From positions 1 through 64,000 of the forward strand of contig JASLZZ010000039.1 of NCBI GenBank assembly GCA_030754595.1: 64,000 nt of DNA, read 5' to 3'. Positions 57,376 to 64,000 of this stretch are shown one piece after another (the first letter of the stretch is position 1; every line of letters starts with the position of its first letter). Position numbers and translations under genes: made by a program. A model generated the notes under the pieces. It had not been told where the DNA came from. It ran no database searches and saw nothing but the letters and a program-made list of their open reading frames with translations. This DNA comes from Nitrospinota bacterium (GTDB lineage: Bacteria; UBA8248).

Positions 57376-58623
57376 ATGTTTGTTGATGCGTATATGACAG
57401 AAGAGCAAGTCGCGCTTCAGAAACTGGCTCACGATTTCGCGGTGAATGAGATTCGCCCCATCGCAATGGATCTGGATCACAACACCGACCCTGCGAAAAG
57501 CGCTTATATGGATTCGCTTCTCGAGAAAGCCGACGCGGCGGGATTCAGGACGATGACTGTTCCGGAGGAATACGGCGGCGGCGGGATCAGCAGCCTCTTC
57601 ACGCATTGTGTCGTGGGAGAGGAGCTTGGCTGGGGCGACCGGGGCGTGGTGGGGATGCTTCTCTCTTGCGCGAAGATCGCGCACCTTCTGATGGCCGATG
57701 CCCTGGCGACAAAAGAGCAGCGGGACAAGTGGCTCAAGGCCTTTGTCGATGACCCGACGTTCATGATCACCCAGGCCATGACCGAAGACGATACGGGCTC
57801 GGAGAATCTGCTCCCCTACGATGGTGTGGACGGCGGTTTCAGGACTCGGGCGGTGCGCGAGGGAGATTACTACATCCTCAACGGCAGAAAGCGATTTATC
57901 TCGAACGTGGGCTACGCCAAGCTCAATTTCGTTTACGTACGCACCGATCCGACGAAAAATATCCTCGAAGGCTCGACGCTCCTCATGGTTCCGATCGACA
58001 CGCCGGGGCTTTCATTCGGGCGGGTGCACGACAAGATGGGATACCGCCTGAACCTCAACCGTGAGATGATATTCGAGGATGCCAAGGTGCCCGTCGCCAA
58101 CCGCCTCGGCCCCGAGAACTACGGCATCGTGAACATCAACAGCCACCTTCGGGGCGGGGACAGCCTGATCAACGCGGCGGCGATGGTGGGGCTCGCCCGG
58201 GCGGCCTATGAGGCTACACTCGAGTACGCGAGCAACCGCCGGGCGAGCGGGAAGCTGCTCATCCACCATCAGGCCATTGGCTTGAAGCTGGTCGAGATGT
58301 ACACCCAGATCAACGCCGCCCGCGCCTATATCTGGCAGGCGTCGCGGCAGATCGACGACCGCGACAAGCTCTCCGTCGATACGAAAATGGCTGGATCGGC
58401 GAGCTATTTTGCCCACGAGGCGGCCTGCGACGTGACGCGCGCTGCGATGGAGATTCACGGAGGCATGGGCGTCATGCGTGAGCTGCCCATCGAGATGTAT
58501 CTGCGTAACGCCTACAACATGCTCCACAGCGACGGCGGCATCATCATGAAGAAGCTCAAGGTCATGCGCGCGATGGGCATGGACGTCCACGCAACGAACG
58601 GCTCCGAGAAGGTCTCGATCTAG
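57376..58623 (+). CDS. Acyl-CoA dehydrogenase-family flavoprotein (atypical active site)
   Basis: MTEDDTGSE, LNGRKRFISN, HDKMGYR, HQAI, IHGGMGVMRE-PIEMYLR. Confidence 0.87.
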   Translation: MFVDAYMTEEQVALQKLAHDFAVNEIRPIAMDLDHNTDPAKSAYMDSLLEKADAAGFRTMTVPEEYGGGGISSLFTHCVVGEELGWGDRGVVGMLLSCAKIAHLLMADALATKEQRDKWLKAFVDDPTFMITQAMTEDDTGSENLLPYDGVDGGFRTRAVREGDYYILNGRKRFISNVGYAKLNFVYVRTDPTKNILEGSTLLMVPIDTPGLSFGRVHDKMGYRLNLNREMIFEDAKVPVANRLGPENYGIVNINSHLRGGDSLINAAAMVGLARAAYEATLEYASNRRASGKLLIHHQAIGLKLVEMYTQINAARAYIWQASRQIDDRDKLSVDTKMAGSASYFAHEAACDVTRAAMEIHGGMGVMRELPIEMYLRNAYNMLHSDGGIIMKKLKVMRAMGMDVHATNGSEKVSI

Positions 58624-58760
58624 GCTAGTCGGTGCGGGCGCTTTTCTCCGGCGATTATACCGTATAGATTCGCGGCGATAGAGAGGGATTTAGCTTTTGT
58701 TTTGCCGGGCGCCGGGTATCGGACGCTGGGAGGGGATCCGGGACCTGGGATGGAGCGTGA

Positions 58761-59048
58761 GTGATGCTTCCCTACAGTATCAACAAGCTGGTCCACGAGA
58801 TTCAGTTTCCCGATAAGCGCGCCAAATTCGAGGAGGCTCCGGACGAGTTTCTCGCCGGATACGGCCTTTCCGAAGAAGAGGTGGCCGCCGTGCAAAGCGG
58901 CGATGTCCGCGCTCTTTGGAACATGGGGGTGAACCCCTACCTGCTTCGTGTTTACCAGATTTGGAAAAAAATCAGCGATGACGATTACAGGTCCGCCCTC
59001 GAGGGCCTCTCGTTTTACGAACCCCAGGGAGGGAGCCGCAATGGCTGA
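58761..59048 (+). CDS. LigA-like small subunit of an extradiol ring-cleavage dioxygenase
   Basis: YSINKL, YGLSEEE-AV-D-L-MGVNPYLL pattern; overlaps the LigB-like start. Confidence 0.78.
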   Translation: MMLPYSINKLVHEIQFPDKRAKFEEAPDEFLAGYGLSEEEVAAVQSGDVRALWNMGVNPYLLRVYQIWKKISDDDYRSALEGLSFYEPQGGSRNG

Positions 59049-59874
59049 AGTCGTCGCCGTTTTCGCGGCCACCCATACTCCCCTTTTTCTTTTGCGCCGA
59101 AACGAACCGGCCCAGGAGGTTTAGGATGAGGTTTTCTCCTGCTACGAGCGTATGGGAAAGGCCATGCTCGACAGGGGGGCTGAGGCCCTCGTTGTATTCG
59201 AGAACGATCATCTCCACTCTCTGTTCCTGGATCGCCATCCCTCGCTGGCGGTGGGTGTGAAGCCCACCTATCACAATGTGGCGAGCGAAGCCTACTTACC
59301 CGAGGTGGAGGGCGGCCGGAAGGGCGATGCGGCGCTTGGCCTCTATCTGGTGAACGCGCTGCTCCAGAGCGATTTCGATCCGGCGATGTGTCAGGAGATC
59401 GAATTCGACCATTCCATCGTTTCGCCGCTTTATCTGATGGGGGATCCGGCCATCCCGATTGTCCCGATCCTGCAAAACACCGTCGCGCCGCCCCTGGCCC
59501 CGGCCCGGAGGGGCTATCAGCTGGGCATCGCGGTGCGGCGCGCGCTCGAGACCTACGACAAGGTGGAGCGGGTGGCCGTCCTGGCGACCGGAGGGCCTTC
59601 TCACTGGATCGGGACCCCCGAACTCGGGCGCATCGACGAGGAATGGGACGAGTCCGTCATCGCCCCTCTGCGGGAAGGCAACGCGAAATCGCTCTCGGAG
59701 TGGAGTCAGGAGAAGATCGACGCCGGCGGAAACGGCGGGAACGAGCTCAGGAACTGGCTCTCGGCCGCCGCCCTGGCGGGCGACTCCCGGGCGAGGGTGC
59801 TTTGCTACCGGCCCGAGCCCTGTTGGTTCTTGGGGGTGACGGCGCTCGAGTGGCCGGTGGGCCCGGCCCTGTAG
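59041..59874 (+). pseudogene. LigB-like extradiol dioxygenase catalytic subunit with in-frame TAG at 59122-59124
   Basis: MAEVVAVFAATHTP...QEV*DEVFSCYERMGK...NDH...FDHS...GGPSHW...NELRNW; the Fe-ligand His (THTP) is upstream of the TAG. Confidence 0.8.
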
Positions 59875-59887
59875 GGGCTTCGCCCCT
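59873..59887. terminator. Short hairpin between convergent genes
   Basis: AGGGGC-TTC-GCCCCT, within a CCCTGTAGG direct repeat; no clear U-tract. Confidence 0.35.
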
Positions 59888-59901
59888 GTAGGTGTTCCGC
59901 C

Positions 59902-62199
59902 CTAGCTCCCGTTCCGGATGGCCCGAAGGACCGCCTCCGGCGTCGCCGGAAGATCGGTGATCTCCGCGCCGATGGCGTCGCAGATGGCGTTTACGATGGC
60001 CGGCGCCGTCGGGTTCACTGCGGGCTCGGCCACCGCCTTGACTCCGAAGGGTCCTCTCGGCTCCGCGGCTTCAACGATAATCGACATCATGCGTTCGGGG
60101 CTGTCGATCGTGGTTGGAAGTAAATAATTCGCAAAATCGGGGTTCTGCACCTTTCCGTCCTTCATCTGGATGATTTCGGTCAGCCCCAGGCCGTAACCCA
60201 TGCTTGAGCCGCCCTCGATCTGTCCCTCCACGTTCATCGGATTGACGGCTCTCCCCACGTCGTGGGCCGCGGCGAGCTGGAGGACGCGGTATTCGCCCGT
60301 TTCCACGTCCACCTCGACCTCGGCGCACTGGGTGGCGAACACGTAGCACTCGAACGCCTTTCCCTGGTAGCTCGTGTCGACGATGAGATCGGTCGAATGG
60401 CAGGTGGCCTCGCTCAAGACCAGCTCCGACGCTTTGTGGCAGGCGAGGGCCACATCCTTGAGCGAAATCCTCCGGTCCGGGGCTCCCTTGACGAACACCT
60501 CCCCGTTCCTGATGTCGAGATCCTCCGTGTCGGCCTCGATCATTCCGACCGCTTTTTCGAGAAGCTGCGTCTTCACTTTCTCCACAGCGGCCTTGACGGC
60601 TTTTCCCGCGAGGTGGGAGATGCGGCTGCCCGTCGAGCCCGAGTCGAACGGTGAGATGGATGTGTCCCCGTTGATGATGGAAACGTTCTCGAAGGCGATG
60701 CCGAGCTCTTCTGCGGCAATCTGGCGGAGGATGACGTTTGCGCCCTGGCCCACATCGGTGGTTCCCGTGATGACGGTGAGGGTGGCGTCTTCGTTGACGC
60801 GGGCGAACGCGGCGGTCGGGCCCCCCCTGCCGAAACCGGCCGTGGGGTAGATCATGCCGGCCATTCCCCGGCCCATCCGTTTCGTGCCGCCGGCCGGCTT
60901 CGCGCCGCGGCCGATGGCGTCCCAGTTCACGGCTCGGGTGGCCTTTTCCATCGTCTCGTCGAAACCGCAGCTAGTGACGGGATCTCCGCTGTGGGCGGGG
61001 TCTCCGGTCCGCATGGCGTTTCGGCGCCTGAGCTCGAGCGGGTCCATGTTCAGCCGGCGGGCGATGAGGTCCATATGGCGCTCGCAGGCGTAGCACGTCT
61101 GGGTCGCGCCGAAGCCGCGGACCGCCCCCGCGAATCCGTTGTTGGTGTAGGTGAGGGTGAAGTCCGCCCGGATATTATCGATGCGGTAGGGCCCCGGCCC
61201 CATGAGGGCGGCCTTGGTGACGACGCCTGGTCCGGCGGAGCAGTAGGCACCTCCATCCACGAGCAGTCTGATATCAGCCGCGGTGATTTTCCCGTCGCGT
61301 TTCACGCCGAATTTGTAGTCCATCGTGAAGGTATGCCGGATGCTTGAGGTGGTGAACTCCTCCTCGCGCGACATGCGGAATTTCACGGGCCTTCGTGTGC
61401 GCAGGGCGCATAGCGAGGCGAGAGACTCCAGCATGATCTCGTGTTTTCCGCCGAAGGCCCCTCCCGCCGAGCTGCTGAGGACCCGGACCCGGGTGATGGG
61501 GAGGCCCAGAACCTTGCTGAGGTCGGCGCGGATCCGGAAAGGCGTCTGGGAGGAGACGTGAACGGTGAGCGTGCCGGCAGGGTCCACCTCGGCCATGCAG
61601 ATGTGGGTCTCCATCGCGGCGTGTTCCTGCCCGCGGGAGATGTAGCGATTTTCGACGATGAGGTCAGCCTCGGCGAAGCCCGCCGCCACGTCGCCGCGGA
61701 GCACCTTGCCCTCCTTCACGATGTTGCCCGTGGGGTGGGATTCGTGAACGAGCGCACTACCGGAGCGGATGGCCTCCTCGGCGCTGGTTACGGCGGGAAG
61801 GTCCTCGTATTCGACCCGGATAAGGCGGGCCGCCGCCTCGGCGGCCTCCCAACTATCCGCGCAGAGGGCGGCGACGGGGTCTCCTTCGTAACGCACTTTT
61901 TCGCCGCAAAGGACGGGCTGGTCGGGAAGGGAGGGTCCGTAGGCGTTGTTCGGGACATCCTCCGCGGTCAGGACGCAGGCGACGCCCTTCGCGCGGGTCG
62001 CCTTGCTGGTGTCCACATTGAGAATGCGGGCGTGAGGGCGGCCGGCGCGCACCACAGCCCCGTAAAGGACCCCCGCGGGCGAGAGGTCGTCCACGTAACG
62101 GCCCGACCCCGCCACGATTTCTTTTCCGTCTTCGCGGACGTAGCTTTTTCCTAAAATATCCAACGGTTCCACGAGATTACCTCCATTGGCCTGTATCAA
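59902..62199 (-). CDS. Xanthine dehydrogenase-family molybdopterin-binding subunit (stand-alone)
   Basis: HAAMETH, GGAFGGK, GAVRGFG, DVGQG, GSRIS, GVKAVAE. Confidence 0.92.
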   Translation of the reverse strand: MIQANGGNLVEPLDILGKSYVREDGKEIVAGSGRYVDDLSPAGVLYGAVVRAGRPHARILNVDTSKATRAKGVACVLTAEDVPNNAYGPSLPDQPVLCGEKVRYEGDPVAALCADSWEAAEAAARLIRVEYEDLPAVTSAEEAIRSGSALVHESHPTGNIVKEGKVLRGDVAAGFAEADLIVENRYISRGQEHAAMETHICMAEVDPAGTLTVHVSSQTPFRIRADLSKVLGLPITRVRVLSSSAGGAFGGKHEIMLESLASLCALRTRRPVKFRMSREEEFTTSSIRHTFTMDYKFGVKRDGKITAADIRLLVDGGAYCSAGPGVVTKAALMGPGPYRIDNIRADFTLTYTNNGFAGAVRGFGATQTCYACERHMDLIARRLNMDPLELRRRNAMRTGDPAHSGDPVTSCGFDETMEKATRAVNWDAIGRGAKPAGGTKRMGRGMAGMIYPTAGFGRGGPTAAFARVNEDATLTVITGTTDVGQGANVILRQIAAEELGIAFENVSIINGDTSISPFDSGSTGSRISHLAGKAVKAAVEKVKTQLLEKAVGMIEADTEDLDIRNGEVFVKGAPDRRISLKDVALACHKASELVLSEATCHSTDLIVDTSYQGKAFECYVFATQCAEVEVDVETGEYRVLQLAAAHDVGRAVNPMNVEGQIEGGSSMGYGLGLTEIIQMKDGKVQNPDFANYLLPTTIDSPERMMSIIVEAAEPRGPFGVKAVAEPAVNPTAPAIVNAICDAIGAEITDLPATPEAVLRAIRNGS

Positions 62200-62347
62200 A
62201 GCGGTTCAGTCCAAAGACTGGAAAACATGGAGAAGAAAACAGGGCATCATACCATGAATCAAAACCGAAATTCGCAAAATCAGCCCGGGGGGTAATAATC
62301 CAAGCTGTTGATTTTATGAGATTCATATATTCGGCCTCCGCATTTTC

Positions 62348-62420
62348 TTGACATCGCCCGGAGGACGTTGGAAAATAGTGTCCACACAGTTCGCAAATAT
62401 ATACACATAATGTGGACACT
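62348..62420 (+). promoter_or_regulatory. Sigma70-like promoter and candidate operator for the IclR gene
   Basis: TTGACA (62348-53), 17 bp spacer, GAAAAT (62371-76) preceded by TG; then AGTGTCCACA...TGTGGACACT inverted repeat. Confidence 0.6.
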
Positions 62421-62421
62421 C

Positions 62422-63309
62422 ATGAAGGGGTTTCGTCCGATGGACGCCGCAAACCGATCCGAGGGGCTCAGGCGGGGGATGGAGATACTCGGTATCTTCA
62501 AGGAGCCCCGCCCCGAGTGGGGGGTGAGCGAGATTGCCCGTGAGATGGGCCTGCACAAGAACCAGGTCCACCGGTCTCTGAAGACGCTGGTGGACGCCGG
62601 ATTTCTTCAAAGGTGCCCGAAGTCGGCCAGGTACTCGCTCGGCTTCGGCGCCTTTGAGCTGGGGGTCGAGGCGGGCAGACACATCAACCTGCTTCCCGAG
62701 GCGCGGCCCCTGCTCGAGGAGTTGGCGGTGAAACTTCAGGCGACGGTTTCCATCCGTGTGGAGCACGGGGACGATATGGTGTTAGTCGAGAATATGGAGA
62801 ATCCTGGCCGGCTCAAGGTTTATTCGTTTCAGGGGAACCGGCGTTCATGGAACTTCGTGGGCTCGGGGGCGAAGGTTTTTTCGGCTTACTAGCCCTCCGA
62901 AAGGGTCGAGCGGCTATACCGGAAATTCGGATTGCCCCGCTTCACAAAAAACTCTCTCACCCGCAAAACGGATATGTTAAAAGAGATTGAAAAGATCAGG
63001 GAGCAGGGCTACGCCGTGAGCAACGGCGAGAGGTCCCCGGAGATACTCGGCGTCGCCGCGCCTGTTTTGGAAGAAAACGGCGCTCTCATCGCCGTACTCG
63101 TCGCTGCGATGCCTTCGGCGGGAATCTCGAAAAGCCGCCTGGAGGAAATCGTCCGAACGGTGGTGCGGGGTGCCGGAAAAGTTTCGAACCTTTTCAAAAA
63201 GAGGATTGGGCCGGATTCGGGCGAAAGCGATGTAAGGCGCGCCGCCAGCGGGACAGTGGTTTCCGGCGTGGATCGAGCCGGAGAGAATTCAAGCGGCCGA
63301 AGATATTGA
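62422..63309 (+). pseudogene. IclR-family regulator with in-frame TAG at 62890-62892
   Basis: HTH GVSEIAREMGLHKNQVHRSLKTL; ...AKVFSAY*PSERVERLYRKFGLPRFT...IREQGYAVS...GVAAPV in one frame; start codon uncertain. Confidence 0.82.
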
Positions 63310-63391
63310 TGTGCACCCGTGTTCGGTGAGGATATTGGAACCGGATAGTTTATTCTTCATTCATCGATAGTTACCTGTTGGAGCGAGAACC

Positions 63392-64000
63392 ATGGAACCG
63401 AAGAATCTGCTCGTCATCATGTCGGACGAGCACAGCGTCAAGGCCTCGGGCTGCTACGGCCACCCGATCGTGAAAACGCCGAATATCGACCGGCTCTCCG
63501 CGTCAGGTGCGCGGTTCACGAACGCCTACACGAACTGCCCCATCTGCACCCCCGCCCGCGCGGGTTTCGCCACAGGGCGCTTCATCCATGAGATCGGAAA
63601 CTGGGACAACGCCCATCCCTATACCGGCGATGCGCCGGGGTGGGGGCGCCGCCTCCAGGCCAACGGGAATCCCGTCATTTCCATCGGAAAGCTTCACTAC
63701 AGGAACGAGACCGATCCGACCGGGTTCGACCGGCAAGTTGTCCCGATGCACGCCCGGAACGGTGTGGGCAGCCTGCCGGGCTCGGTACGCGATCCACTGC
63801 CGGTGCAGGGGGCGAAAGCGCTGGCCGCCGAAATCGGTCCGGGGGAGACAAGCTACTCGAACTACGACCTCGATATCACCGAAAAAGCCTGCCATTGGAT
63901 CGAAAACGAGGCCGCGAAGGAGGCGGACAAGCCCTGGATGACGTTTGTTTCGCTGGTGAGCCCGCATTTCCCCTTGAAGGCGCCCCAGGCGTTTTTCGAT
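63392..64000 (+). CDS. Sulfatase (choline-sulfatase-like), truncated by the window end
   Basis: MEPKNLLVIMSDEH...VKTPNIDRL...FTNAY-CPICTPARA (CxPxR)...IGKLHY...PHFP; absent from the ORF track because it has no stop in the window. Confidence 0.9.
   Translation, partial: MEPKNLLVIMSDEHSVKASGCYGHPIVKTPNIDRLSASGARFTNAYTNCPICTPARAGFATGRFIHEIGNWDNAHPYTGDAPGWGRRLQANGNPVISIGKLHYRNETDPTGFDRQVVPMHARNGVGSLPGSVRDPLPVQGAKALAAEIGPGETSYSNYDLDITEKACHWIENEAAKEADKPWMTFVSLVSPHFPLKAPQAFFD

Noticed and set aside
2943..63309. Complete TAG reassignment (alternative genetic code)
   Set aside because: Many genes end in TAG at their expected family C-termini, and TAA, TGA and frameshift lesions also occur. Only conditional read-through remains possible.
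1..64000. CRISPR arrays, tRNA/rRNA, prophage, defence systems
   Set aside because: No spaced direct repeats, structural RNA signatures or such genes were recognised by eye.

Overview
High-GC bacterial chromosomal segment, probably from a metabolically versatile uncultured lineage; taxonomy cannot be fixed from sequence alone. No rRNA, tRNA, CRISPR array or intact mobile element was seen. The centre (10.8-34.6 kb) is an apparently intact 20-gene de novo cobalamin cluster with a cobalamin riboswitch. It is a hybrid, carrying CbiX/CbiD/CbiG together with CobN and a ChlI/D-type ATPase, with no cobG or cobF in the window. The flanks are accessory catabolic genes of unknown substrate: a TIM-barrel/Tm-1-like pair, PrpE-like ligase, Gfo/Idh/MocA, TPP enzyme, two molybdenum hydroxylase loci, LLM monooxygenase, ABC transporter, two atypical acyl-CoA dehydrogenases, a decarboxylating dehydrogenase, DapA-like aldolase, NnrS, CapA-like and M24-like enzymes, LigAB-like dioxygenase, GntR, IclR and a sulfatase. 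The ORF track hides that six flank genes carry in-frame stops (4x TAG, 1x TAA, and 1x TGA plus a frameshift) and that spacers hold gene remnants (IS1380 transposase, flavin amine oxidase), while I found no broken B12 gene. The best reading is ongoing genome erosion with selective retention of B12 synthesis; partial amber read-through and sequencing error are testable alternatives. All family assignments come from motif recognition, not database searches.
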